64,000 nucleotides of DNA, from positions 14,519 to 78,518 of IMG/VR virus record IMGVR_UViG_3300005805_000071; one strand, 5' to 3'. The translations under genes and the position numbers were made by a program. Under the pieces are notes generated by a model, which saw only the letters and a list, made by a program, of their open reading frames with translations, had not been told where the DNA came from and made no database searches. Positions within the stretch are counted from its first letter, which is position 1. Each line of letters starts with the position of its first letter. Shown piece after piece: positions 1 through 11,300 of this stretch. The stretch is from a virus (Duplodnaviria; Caudoviricetes).

Positions 1-3000
1 CAATAGTATTTGCAGAATTGTTTGGAGATGCATTTGAAGTAATTGTTGGATTACCAGAAATTCCATCTCCATTTGTAATTGAAATACCAATACCAGATGC
101 AACAACACTTCTAGTTGCAGCAGTTCCAGTTGCAGTTCTAACAATCAATCCAGTTGTAGTTAATCCTGCAACTGCGGTTAAATCCGAATCTAATGGTTGA
201 GCATCAGTAATTCCATAACCAGATAGAGTTGTTGGATTTGTTCCTGAAGTTACCAAACCCTTGGCATTAATAGTCACAGATCTATATGTTCCTGCAGTTG
301 CAACAGTGGCAAGAGTTAATGCAGTAGAAGCATTTGCAGAACCATTGACGTTCATTGAACCAGTAGCATCTCCAGTGAAGGAGAGAGTTCTAGTTGATGT
401 CCACTGTCTAGCATCTCTAACAGTACCAACGATATCTGCATTATTAAATGTGGCAGTTGCGTTTACAGTTAGAGTATCACCGACAGCATTACCGATGATA
501 GTGTTTCCTCTAACAGTTAGATTACCTTCTGTTAAAATACTACCATCAGAAGATCCAACACTAAACTGAGTTGAAGTACCATCCGTAATTATGAAATCTT
601 CACCTGCACCAGCAGATCCGTTAATTGTTATTCCAGCGTTAGCAGTGATTAAACCAGTAACACCTAAAGTTGAAGATAATGTAGTTACCCCAGTAACTCC
701 TAAAGTTCCAGTAATAGTTGCATTTGTACCAACTCTCAATTGCTTAGCAATTGCTACACCGCCAGCAGTAGAAATTGATGCATTAGTATCAGTTGCGGTA
801 GATGCATCAGTAGTATTAGTCTGTCTAATAACACCAGAATAAGTCTGTGTTCCTTGATAATCAATACCACCTTGATAAACAGCTGCTCCATATACTTTAA
901 GATCACCATTAACAACAAAGTTTTCACCAATATGAGCACCACCAGTAACTTGTAAAGCGCCTGCTAGTGAGGGAATCGAAGCTCCGTTTGGAATTGTTCT
1001 TCCTGTTGCATTAGTAATAGTTGTTATTCCAGTAATACTAGTTGCATCGTCAATAGTAGTTGTTCCACCAGCAGAGTCAATTGTAAGGTTACCTGAAGAG
1101 GTATCAATTTCATTGTCACTAGCAATTCCAATACGAATATTGTCAATTGTAGCACCACCATTGGCATCAAGTAATCCAGTTAAAGTTGTCGATCCACCAA
1201 CATTTAAATTTTCTGAAATTCCAGTGCCACCAGTAACAATTAAAGTACCTGTGGTTGTTGAAGTGGATGAAGTACCAGTACTTAAACTTAATCTACCTGC
1301 AAATAATCTTGCATCAGTACCACCAAATACTTCAGAAGTATTACTAGCATTTTCTAAGAATCTATATCCTAATGAGGAATCATCCCAACCAAAGAAACCT
1401 AGTTTTGCTGATACATCAAAGTATCTAAACTCAATACCACGATCCTTATTATCGTCCGATGCTGGTGCAGTATCTCCACCGAGAGTTAGGATAGGATCAT
1501 CAACAGTAATAGTCGTCGCATTTACAGTTGTCGTTGTTCCATTTACGGTAAGATTTCCCGAAATAACTGTATTGGCATTTCTTATTGTGCAAGTTCCAGT
1601 TGTAGCTCCAATACTCAATGTAGTTGCGAAACCACCAAAGTTTATATTTGTTGTACCTGATGTATTGAGAAGATTGAACGTTGACTGAGTTGAATTTAAA
1701 TCTCCACCATCAACTCCTAAATCACCAGTTAAAGTTGTATTTCCATTAACTCTTAACTGCCCACCGATTCCTACACCACCAGTTACGACAAGAGCACCAT
1801 TACTGGTTGATGATGAGTCTGTAGAATTTGTAATCGATGTTACACCAGCAACTCCCAAAGTTCCACTAATAGAAGTATTACCTGATGCACCAAGTACGCT
1901 AAATTTAGCAGTATCTCCACTGTTTTTCTTGCCAACATAGAGACCTTCATTTGCTCCAGTACCACCAATATGAAGAGTAGTACCAATACCAGCACCACCA
2001 GTTATTCTTGCGTTAGTTGTAGTATGAGTCGCATATGAAGGAGTATATGATGCGGTGGATCCAAGTGTAGAAGTATATCGAACTTCTAGGTTGTTAACTC
2101 TCGAAGCAGTACCACCACTACCAGTATCTTTTAACTGTAGAGATCCATTTAAGTATAAGTTATTATTGAAAAGAGTATCTCCTTCAACATATCCACCACC
2201 ATCAAATTTGAATGATCCGTAATCTCCACCACTGATCTCCCACGCACCAGTAGTGCCATTTTGGACTACTGTTGGAATATCAGTATTTTGGAAATAAACA
2301 TAAGAACCAGATTGAGTAGTTAGATTACCAGTGAGAGTAGTTGCTCCAGTAACACCCAAAGTCGAACTTAATGTAGTTGCTCCAGTTACTCCTAATGTTC
2401 CAGAAATAGTAGTATTACCTGAAGAACTATCAACAACAAATTTGTCTACAGATGAAGCGTTTTGTATTTTAAATAATTCTGTTGCTGCTGTATTAGAACC
2501 AACAATCGTCACATTTTTGTTTAGTGTGACATTATCAGTAACGGTTACAGTTCCTTCAATTGTAGTATTACCAGTAGCAGAATCTACTAAAAACTTAGTT
2601 ACAGGAGTACCAGCACCATTAGTAATTCTGAAGTATTCGGTTGCTGCAGTTGTGTTACCAGCAATCGTTACACCATTATTAAATGTAGCTAGATTAGTGA
2701 CCCCTAGAGTGCCCTGTAAGGTAGTATTACCAGCAACATTCGCAGTTCCACCTACCCAAAGGTTCTCACTGATTCCAGTGCCACCAGTTACTACCAGAGT
2801 ACCTGTGGTTGTGCTAGTTGAACCAACGTTACTACTGAGGGCAAGGTTGCCAGCAATAAGACCAGCATCAGTACCAGTAAAGACTTCAGAAGTATTTGTT
2901 GCATTGTAGAGGAAACGATAACCACCAGTAGTTCCTGCTAGAGTCGTATATGAATCATCCCAACCATAGAAACCTAAACGTGCTTCAGTATCATAATACT

Positions 3001-4807
3001 TGAACTCAACACCACGATCCTTATTATCATCTGTAGTTGGAGTTTGATCACCACCAAGAGTTAGAATAACATCATCAATGGTGATAGTTGTTGAATTTAC
3101 AGTTGTCGTTGTTCCATCAACTTGAAGATTACCTTTGATTTGAACTGTACCAGTATCATCTCCAATTCCAGCTGGATCTAGAACAATTGTAGAATTGGTG
3201 GAACTTAATACGTTGTTTGCAAAATAGAAATCTTCAACACGAACATCAGCACTAGAAGAAATTAATGAAATCTGCTGTGCAGCTGCAAGAGAAATAGTTG
3301 TATTAGTTGAAGTAATATCAATAGATTCATCAGCAGTAACTTCAATCTTTGCTTCACCTGTACCTGCATTATTGGCAGTTAAACGAAGGAATCTATTAGA
3401 TGCTGTATTTGCATTCATTAACAGAGTTAATGAACCAGCACGATTGATAGTTTGAATTGCGGTGCTGGTTTTATCTAAAGTAATATCAGAGAAAATTGTT
3501 GAAGTTGTAGTATTAATATCTACATTATCATTAGCAGCAAGGCACTGAAGCAGAGGACTGCCCCCAGTAGTATTAACTGATAAATCGTTGATTGTGGTGA
3601 TGCCGCGATAGCCAGTAGAAGCAGTAAGCTCATTATCGAGCTCGTAAGCAGTATAGGAATTTCCATCAGCAAAACGAATTTGATTATTTTGAAGTTGAGT
3701 ATTATCTACACCTGCCGCTGCAATAGTTACGTGTCCGTTAACATCTACATCAAAGTCTTCCTGATCGAACGATGCAAGACCCTTCTGACGGGTTGTAACT
3801 AGTCCTAGGTGTCTCCACGACACTGTTCCGTCTGAGGCATCTCCAGAGGTGTGTGAGGGGGCAGTAGCACCTGAAGTACCTGCGTTTAATGCTTGATATA
3901 ATCTACCACCATTAGTAACTTTATCATAGCGAGAATATGAAGTTCCAGTTAACCATGCAGATGCAGTTGTTCCTTCTACTGCAGTTGCAATTGGATAATC
4001 TGTTGCAGCAGTAAATCTACCCCACTGGTCTACTGTAAATTGAGTTGCTTTAATTGTTTGAGTAGCACCTGCAATTGAAGGTGTATTGTAAGTTCCTGGG
4101 TTTACTGTTGTATTGATTAAATCTAAAGTTGGGTTACCCTGAACACCAGATCCATTAGTAACAGAAATTCTTCCTGCTGTACCAGTTACAGATCTAGTAA
4201 CAATATTACCATCAGAAACACGAGTAATAATACCTGTAGTAGTTAGGTCGGCAATTCCTTGAAGATCTCTGTCAAATGCTTGAGCAGATTCACCTTCAAC
4301 TGTACCATCTAGATTATATTCAGCAATATTAGATGGATTTGATGCATTACTGATACGACCTTTTGAATCAACAGTTACTCTAGTATAAGTGCCACTACTG
4401 TTGATAGTACCATCGTAATGCGGAAGTGTTGTAACTAATTTTAAATCGGTGACAAGATTTAAGTTTGCAGATCCATCAAAAGTGGACGATGCTGTAATAT
4501 CACCCGTTAAAGCAATTTGACGAGTGTTTGATAATCTTGTGGCAGTAGAAGCATTTCCAATTAAAGATGCTGTAATAGAACTTGCTTGGAAGTTTCCATC
4601 AGCATCTCTTTGTACTAGAGTATTTGGAGAGTTGGTTATTGATTCTAATGGTCTTTCATATCTCAAAGAACTCCATGGAGTAATACCATCACCAATCTTT
4701 ATACGACCAGTATCAATTTCAATTCCAAGTTCACCAATGGCTAACGTTGGGTTAACGTTTGACCACTCTTGAGCAGATCCTCTTCTTAATTGTATTCTAT
4801 TTGCCAT
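1..4807 (-). CDS. Long tail fibre / receptor-binding protein, 3'-truncated by the window edge (>1600 aa); not in ORF track
   Basis: ATG at 4807 reads MANRIQLRRGSAQEWSNVNPTLAIGELGIEIDTGRIKIGDG (Mtd_N/hyaluronidase-N type fibre anchor). The same frame is still open at position 2 (...SGNPTITSNASPNNSANTI). Gly/Thr-rich beta repeats. Late promoter 42 nt upstream. I checked the frame at both ends and at several internal points, not at every codon. Confidence 0.85.
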   Translation of the reverse strand, partial: MANRIQLRRGSAQEWSNVNPTLAIGELGIEIDTGRIKIGDGITPWSSLRYERPLESITNSPNTLVQRDADGNFQASSITASLIGNASTATRLSNTRQIALTGDITASSTFDGSANLNLVTDLKLVTTLPHYDGTINSSGTYTRVTVDSKGRISNASNPSNIAEYNLDGTVEGESAQAFDRDLQGIADLTTTGIITRVSDGNIVTRSVTGTAGRISVTNGSGVQGNPTLDLINTTVNPGTYNTPSIAGATQTIKATQFTVDQWGRFTAATDYPIATAVEGTTASAWLTGTSYSRYDKVTNGGRLYQALNAGTSGATAPSHTSGDASDGTVSWRHLGLVTTRQKGLASFDQEDFDVDVNGHVTIAAAGVDNTQLQNNQIRFADGNSYTAYELDNELTASTGYRGITTINDLSVNTTGGSPLLQCLAANDNVDINTTTSTIFSDITLDKTSTAIQTINRAGSLTLLMNANTASNRFLRLTANNAGTGEAKIEVTADESIDITSTNTTISLAAAQQISLISSSADVRVEDFYFANNVLSSTNSTIVLDPAGIGDDTGTVQIKGNLQVDGTTTTVNSTTITIDDVILTLGGDQTPTTDDNKDRGVEFKYYDTEARLGFYGWDDSYTTLAGTTGGYRFLYNATNTSEVFTGTDAGLIAGNLALSSNVGSTSTTTGTLVVTGGTGISENLWVGGTANVAGNTTLQGTLGVTNLATFNNGVTIAGNTTAATEYFRITNGAGTPVTKFLVDSATGNTTIEGTVTVTDNVTLNKNVTIVGSNTAATELFKIQNASSVDKFVVDSSSGNTTISGTLGVTGATTLSSTLGVTGATTLTGNLTTQSGSYVYFQNTDIPTVVQNGTTGAWEISGGDYGSFKFDGGGYVEGDTLFNNNLYLNGSLQLKDTGSGGTASRVNNLEVRYTSTLGSTASYTPSYATHTTTNARITGGAGIGTTLHIGGTGANEGLYVGKKNSGDTAKFSVLGASGNTSISGTLGVAGVTSITNSTDSSSTSNGALVVTGGVGIGGQLRVNGNTTLTGDLGVDGGDLNSTQSTFNLLNTSGTTNINFGGFATTLSIGATTGTCTIRNANTVISGNLTVNGTTTTVNATTITVDDPILTLGGDTAPASDDNKDRGIEFRYFDVSAKLGFFGWDDSSLGYRFLENASNTSEVFGGTDARLFAGRLSLSTGTSSTSTTTGTLIVTGGTGISENLNVGGSTTLTGLLDANGGATIDNIRIGIASDNEIDTSSGNLTIDSAGGTTTIDDATSITGITTITNATGRTIPNGASIPSLAGALQVTGGAHIGENFVVNGDLKVYGAAVYQGGIDYQGTQTYSGVIRQTNTTDASTATDTNASISTAGGVAIAKQLRVGTNATITGTLGVTGVTTLSSTLGVTGLITANAGITINGSAGAGEDFIITDGTSTQFSVGSSDGSILTEGNLTVRGNTIIGNAVGDTLTVNATATFNNADIVGTVRDARQWTSTRTLSFTGDATGSMNVNGSANASTALTLATVATAGTYRSVTINAKGLVTSGTNPTTLSGYGITDAQPLDSDLTAVAGLTTTGLIVRTATGTAATRSVVASGIGISITNGDGISGNPTITSNASPNNSANTI

Positions 4808-4848
4808 TGGTAATTATCCCAAAGTATCCGTTACAATATCCCTTTATA

Positions 4849-4856
4849 TATTTATA
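4849..4856 (-). promoter_or_regulatory. T4-type late promoter TATAAATA
   Basis: Exact TATAAATA on the minus strand upstream of the fibre gene. Confidence 0.85.
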
Positions 4857-4881
4857 AAAAAGAAGGGGGGCATATGCCCCC
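4857..4881 (-). terminator. Intrinsic terminator
   Basis: GGGGGC-ATAT-GCCCCC hairpin followed by CTTCTTTTTT on the minus strand, just after the 65-aa gene. Confidence 0.75.
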
Positions 4882-4885
4882 AAAA

Positions 4886-5083
4886 TCAGGATTCTACTTC
4901 ATCCTCACTTTCTTCTTCATTTCCAAGGTATTCTAAAGCTTCAATTGCGCCTAAAAGTTTTAGCGCCACAGCTTCATTCTCTTTAATTTTTTGTGCTAAT
5001 TGTTGATTTTCAGTGACGATAGATTGATATCTTTCACGAAATTGAGCAATTAATTCTTCTGGGGAAGATTTTTCAATTGACAT
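4886..5083 (-). CDS. Hypothetical coiled-coil protein, acidic tail
   Basis: 65 aa, overlaps the upstream gene, followed by a terminator. Confidence 0.75.
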   Translation of the reverse strand: MSIEKSSPEELIAQFRERYQSIVTENQQLAQKIKENEAVALKLLGAIEALEYLGNEEESEDEVES

Positions 5084-5309
5084 TATTTTTCTCCTGGACT
5101 AATAATTTAAGTAATGATTTAATTTCACCCATATCAGATGAAAGTGTAGAAACTTGATCTTTTAATTTTTCAAGATCTTTTTGTTGTTTCTTTAACCTGT
5201 GATAGTTGTCTAGATACTTATCACGGGCAGTCTTGTTATTATTTAGTACGGCATTTGTTTCCTCATCCCGTACTAAATCTTGATAATTTTCTATTTTTAC
5301 TAAATTCAT
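5073..5309 (-). CDS. Hypothetical coiled-coil protein
   Basis: 78 aa, starts 2 nt after the stop of the 2431-aa gene. Confidence 0.75.
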   Translation of the reverse strand: MNLVKIENYQDLVRDEETNAVLNNNKTARDKYLDNYHRLKKQQKDLEKLKDQVSTLSSDMGEIKSLLKLLVQEKNNVN

Positions 5310-5311
5310 AA

Positions 5312-8300
5312 TTAGATCGCCGTTGCTATAGCTCTGAAATATTTAATTTGTGGAACGTATGCTTGGTTTGTCGAAGTCATTACTATTTTAATTTGATATT
5401 TACTAAACTCAATACCAGAAACACTATACACATATGATTTAAATTGAACTCTATTTGAAGGAGTTACTAAAGCATCAGGTCCTCCAGTTTCATTGAAGAA
5501 TTCCCAAGAAATTGTGTTTTCATCTCCACTAAATCCTGGTGGAACTATTCTATAAAGAACTTTAAAGTCGCTTTCGGGTGGTCTGTAAGCATCAAAGTAT
5601 ACATGAATAGATCTAGATACTTGATTATCTAATGAAACCATTCTTGTAATATACACAGCATCATGAGGATCTCCAATAAATTGTTCAGATAGTTGCCAAT
5701 TATCTGGATTATTAATTCTACTACTTGTAGTAATGATACTACATCTATCAAGATCCACGATAGGAGTTAATAGACTAGTAGATGAAGACATTAGCAATTG
5801 CATAGTAAATGATTTTTGACCTGCAAGTTTTTCCTGCTCATTTCTACCAGAAAGAATTAATTTTTGTCCTGACAAATAATTTGTTTGATTCAAATCAACT
5901 TCAATATATTCACCACTATTAACAAATGAGGCTTCTGTTGTATTTCCATTATTGATAGATGTTCCAGAAACAGTGTTTATTCTTGCTAATATTGGAGTAG
6001 AAGCATGTTCTACTTTTTGAACTTGTGGATGGATGTACTCAAAAGGTATATTTTGAGTTGCTCTAACTTGAGATCCACCAGCAACTATTCCACTAGTAGA
6101 TACAGACTCACATTGTAAATCATAAGTATCTAGTGACACATTGTAAACTCCCTCATGAACTTTATTGATTTCAGTTAAAGGTATTCCATCCAAATTGTAG
6201 CACTCGACAAAAGATCCTTCTTGGTGAGCAGCAGCAACAGTTCCATCTAATCCTCTTCCTGATGATGGAATAGTAATCACTGTTCCATCATTTCCTATTG
6301 CAGTATAGGAAATAATTTCTCCATTAATTTTCATATAACCAGGATTAGATTCTGAGATTGGAAGTCCATTAATTACTGTATGGAAAGCCAATGCATCAGA
6401 GACGGTGATTGACAAATCAGTATTACTTATCGATGCCCTAAGAGTTGTTGGGCTAACCTCCGAAACTACGTCACGAATCTCAACAGTATTGGTTGGATCA
6501 TGCATTCCATGATTACGATGGAAAACAGTGACTCTCTTTGATAATGCTGAATATGTAGGACTTAATGATAAGTATTTTTGATATGTATCACCTGAATAGG
6601 TAGTATTTGTTTCGTCTACTGTTCCAGAGATAGATGGATTTGTTTGTGAAATTGTTTCACCATCATCAAAATCCTTCGACACATAATTTACAGATAGAGT
6701 TCCATATGTTCCACCACCATCTAAAGACCAACCAGTAACTATTGCAGTAGCTCCACTAGTTCCTCCAGTAACAGTACTCCCAATAGTATATGAACCTGTA
6801 GGAGAATCCACTCTTATACTACCAGTAGTTTGACTACTAATAATAGGATAGGATATTAAACCACCAATATTACTACCTTGCAAGAATGTTCCATCAACAT
6901 TTTCAATTACTAATTGATGTGGATTTGTAGATTCTATAAATTGTTGAATCGTTGCAGAAGCATTTGTAGTTTGTTGATAAATTCTTGCTCCAACTGTAAA
7001 TGAACCCGTATTATCATTTAATACTAAAGTTTGTGTTGCTTGTTTAGTTTGAATTGGATTTTCTCTAAGAATTCTTACTCCACCATTTTGCAATCCAAGA
7101 GAAGCATTATTTAAAACTAGAGTTCCATTTAAAGGACCGAATTCTGCTCTATAAATTTCAAACTTTAGATCCTGTAATTGGTTTGGAGTCCAAGTTGAAC
7201 CATTCTGGGATTTGAATAAAACACCCGCATAAGGTTGTTCGGAAATTGTTCTATCTCCAGTTATATCAACCTCACCAAATTCGGAAATCCAAACTGTATA
7301 TTTATTTGAGTCTGATAGTAAAACTACACAATATTCCTCTAGATCACTAACATAAACGGGGCAGTCAAATATAAATGAAGTAGGAATAGAAGCATTCTCA
7401 GAAATTTCTACTTCTTCAGGTTGTAATACTATTTGTGAATTTGGTTGAATAAATTTAGTTGGAATTCCACTCTCCATCCTCCTAATTTCACACCTAACTG
7501 GAATTCTTTCATCTTTAGTTGCAAAATATACATCAACCTTAGAAATATAACATCCACCTCTTTCCTGAACAATAAACGATTGCGCTAATGGATCATACCA
7601 TCCAACAATAGTAGACTCAGTGGTAGTTCTTGCAGGAACATTTTGTGATTCTGATGGAATAACTACATCTTCAATTACACCATCCCTGATACTTAATTGT
7701 TGCTCTTGCTCTTCCTGAAGAATTCCAGTTGCAGCATATTCAACCTGACCACTAGAAGAAGTTGTATCACCAATAGAAAGAGTTTCATTTGTAGAACTTG
7801 TAGTTAATTTAAATATTCTTCTTCCTGTAGCCCATCTTGGATTACTATCTACATTTTCATCTGGAATAAAGAATATTCCCTTAAAATTACCACTTGGATC
7901 CGTTATAAGTCTTCTATCTCTAATTACTGCTCTTGCTCCAGAGCTCAATCCTTCCACAACATAATTAATTTGGATATTTCCATAATATTCTGCATCTTCA
8001 AGTCCAGATAAAGTAGTAACATCAATATTTAAATATGGTGTGTTTGATGAATATACGTCACTGAGTTCTGTTAATTCACCAGTTAAAGTTGCTCCAGATG
8101 AAGCATATGGATCATATCTATACCCATCATTTAATCGAGCTACTTCTGCTCTAAAAATAATAGTATTAGTTCCAGTAGAAGAAGTTTCTATGATTTGAAC
8201 TACCTCACCAACCTGGAATGGTATATTATTTGAATTGGAATTTTCTGTTGAATCTTTAATAACTTCTATGAGTTTGGGGAAACAATATGAAGTTGCATCA

Positions 8301-11300
8301 ACATTATCGAAAAATGCATAGAATCTTGTAGATGGTTTTAATGCCTCTGCAGTTATACCAATATTTCTACTTCTAATCCAAGGAACATTACTTCTACTAA
8401 CAACTCTATCACCTAGAGATTCTGTTCTAAATGTTGGTCTTACTCTCTGTTGTGTTCCTGTTCGCCTCTCAACAATTCCAGTTGTAGTTATTGTTCTGGT
8501 CCCCCAAACAGCAATACCACCACCACTAGCATTCCATCCTTGAGGTCTACCGTCAGATGTAGTTGTTACTGCTCCAGTCCAATCTTGTGTCCAAGAACTC
8601 CATTGTAATGGACCAAATCCATTTTCAAAGTCAAATCCACCACCCTGTTCGGCAGTTCTCTCTCCAAGACTAACAACAAGAGCACTAAAGTTTCCTTCGA
8701 TATTGGTTACTTGTGTTGGTAATCTTCTAACGGAAACCCAGTCATCACTAGCAGGACTTAAAGTTATAGCACCTAAAAATGTGAAAACATTGAACGGGTT
8801 TACGTTTTCTGTTTTTGATGCATATGGTTGTTGAATTAATAATTGATGCTCAAATGGGAGAGTCACAATTCTTCTAGATTCTCTTACATTTGACGATGCT
8901 GAAGTATTCCATGTTAAAGGAACATTTGTAGTATAGTGCGATGGTCTTAAAATTCTTTCCGCAAAATCAATTGAGGCACCATAATCAGGATTAGTAATTT
9001 CAGCAACGTTCTGATTTTCGAATGAGTCTACAAAGAATCCATTTTTAAATTTATCATTTCCAAATTCATCTGTAATGGTAAGAGATTCTGTATCACTTTC
9101 TAGTAAAGTTAGAACGCTATAATATTCGACATTTTGTAATCTTGCATCTAGACCAGCAATATCTTTCATGGTATATCTTCTGATATTTTCTTTGAAGATA
9201 TAATTATCTGTATCCACATTGAATCCATACGCATTATGGGCTATTGTGGCCAATAACATTGCACCATCTATATTACTAGGTGGTTGAGGAACTTCTGCTG
9301 GTTTTCCTAGCGTTAGTAAAAATTCTCCAGTTGTATTAACAAATAGTTTATCAATTCTAGGCAGATAAAAAGTATAATCGCATCTAAAATCGGAGTCTGG
9401 TTTTGGTATATCAAAAGTAGTAGAATCTTCAGAATCTTTAAATACTCTACTTGCAAAATCGAAACTGGAACAATTCAAAGCAAATGGATCTGAAAGAGTT
9501 CCTGTTCCGTCTGCTAGAGCAGATACCCCTGGTCTGAAATCAAGAACATCTCTAAGTGCTTTTTGTGTGGATGTTGTATTTGTTCCACTTCCAACTGCAG
9601 ATACGAATGTTGGTATTTCAGCATACTCAACACCAACATACGAATCAATATTGAAATAATCTCCAGAACTTTCGTGTGAGAAATAATCTGCAACAATTTT
9701 TACTTTTCTAATTGGAGAGGCAACTCCCTTTTTTCTAACTATTCTTGAGACATCGTAGAAGAAGTTCTTCTGACCACTTTCTAGATAGAAAGAAGAAGTT
9801 ATATTTTTACTTCCCAAGTTGATAGAACCATCAGCATCACTTAGTAGCGATTGTAGAGCATTTCCATTACTGTCAAATCCAGTTATAGTCTCATTCTGTT
9901 GGAATGGAACAGAACCTTCATAAACAATTGTCAATCTTAGTGTACCAGTATTAAAATCTACTACGTAACCCTTTGCACCAGAAGTTTGCCCAGTAACTAA
10001 AGAACCTGTTGCAAAAAAGGTTGGTTCTACTAAAGTGACATATGGCACTACAGCATCATTATTATCAACAGATTCATAAACAGCTCGTAATTTATAGACA
10101 TCAGTTACTCCAAGAGAAATATCTACATCTTCAATTCTAGTTCCGTAAATATTTGAGTATGCTAACCCATATTGTATTTGGTCACTTTGACGAAGGGTTT
10201 TATTAACCTTCCATATTCTCATTTTGTTAGCATTTTTAACCTTTTCTACAACTATATTTTTCGATATAGCAGCATTAAATCTAATTGTTGTAATACCAAC
10301 TAAGTTTGCAACCGTAATAGTAGATCTTGGAGTTCCAGTTGTATTAAATGTTGTGTAAGCAGCTCCCGATGGATTATCATTTTGTAGGATAACAACATCT
10401 CCAACCGAATATGAAGATCCACCAGATACACTTGTAACTACTAGATTGTAATTTTCAGTTTCTACTGCTTGGAACTGTTCATTTGCAGCAAGAGCGATTG
10501 TGAAACTATTACTTGTAATTTGCGATTCGTAAGTTCTCTTAACGATCATACTTTCATCGCTAATAGATCTAATCGCTGTTTTTGGCATTTCAGTAAATAA
10601 ATCTCCATCTTCCTTGCCAAATAGGAATGGTCTAAGTCTTATAACTGTATTGTATTGTGTTCCATTAGTAGGAGTAAAACCTGGAGATGGAGTTACATTG
10701 ATGGATTGATCGGCATAATTAAATACTGAGGACAAACTAAAATTAGATGCTAAAGCATCAACTCGGAAATATTCAGACTCCGATACATACAGTAAATCAC
10801 CAGATCTAACTTCTGGAGATATATTACTATTGTAACCAGTTAAAACACCACTATCGTATGTGAAGAAATCTCCACCAAGCCTAAATGAATCCGTTAAAGA
10901 AACATCGCCAGTGAAAATTACATTATTTAGATTATCTCTCCCTACAACCTGCTTAATGTCCGAAAACTGATATGAATATACTCCTTGAATGGTTCCTTTA
11001 TCTCTCCCATCAACCTCTATAACTTCACCAACTCTGAATGTACCAGTAACGCCATACAAAGATACTGTTTGTCCAGTAAAACTGGTTCCTGAAGAAAGTC
11101 TTATAAAACCATTTGCGCCACTGGTCTTTCCTCTTATTCTAGAACCACCTTCAATTGTAGTTGATTGAGTTAAATAAATTTTTGTAATGAATGAAACATC
11201 AAAAGCAGTACAATTATAGATATCATTTAAATCACCTTCTAAAGCATCTCCACTACTAGAAAATTCCCAACTTGCAACTCTAGCCAATCCAACTATATTT

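Noticed and set aside
18-4772. Val/Pro/Thr-rich plus-strand ORFs (18-200, 261-569, 591-842, 1113-1688, 2331-2909, 4524-4772) and minus ORF 754-942
   Set aside because: Shadows of the Gly/Thr-rich tail fibre on the minus strand.
4700-4807. Mtd_N-like domain suggesting a diversity-generating retroelement
   Set aside because: No reverse transcriptase, Avd or template/variable repeat pair in the window; the domain is a generic fibre anchor.
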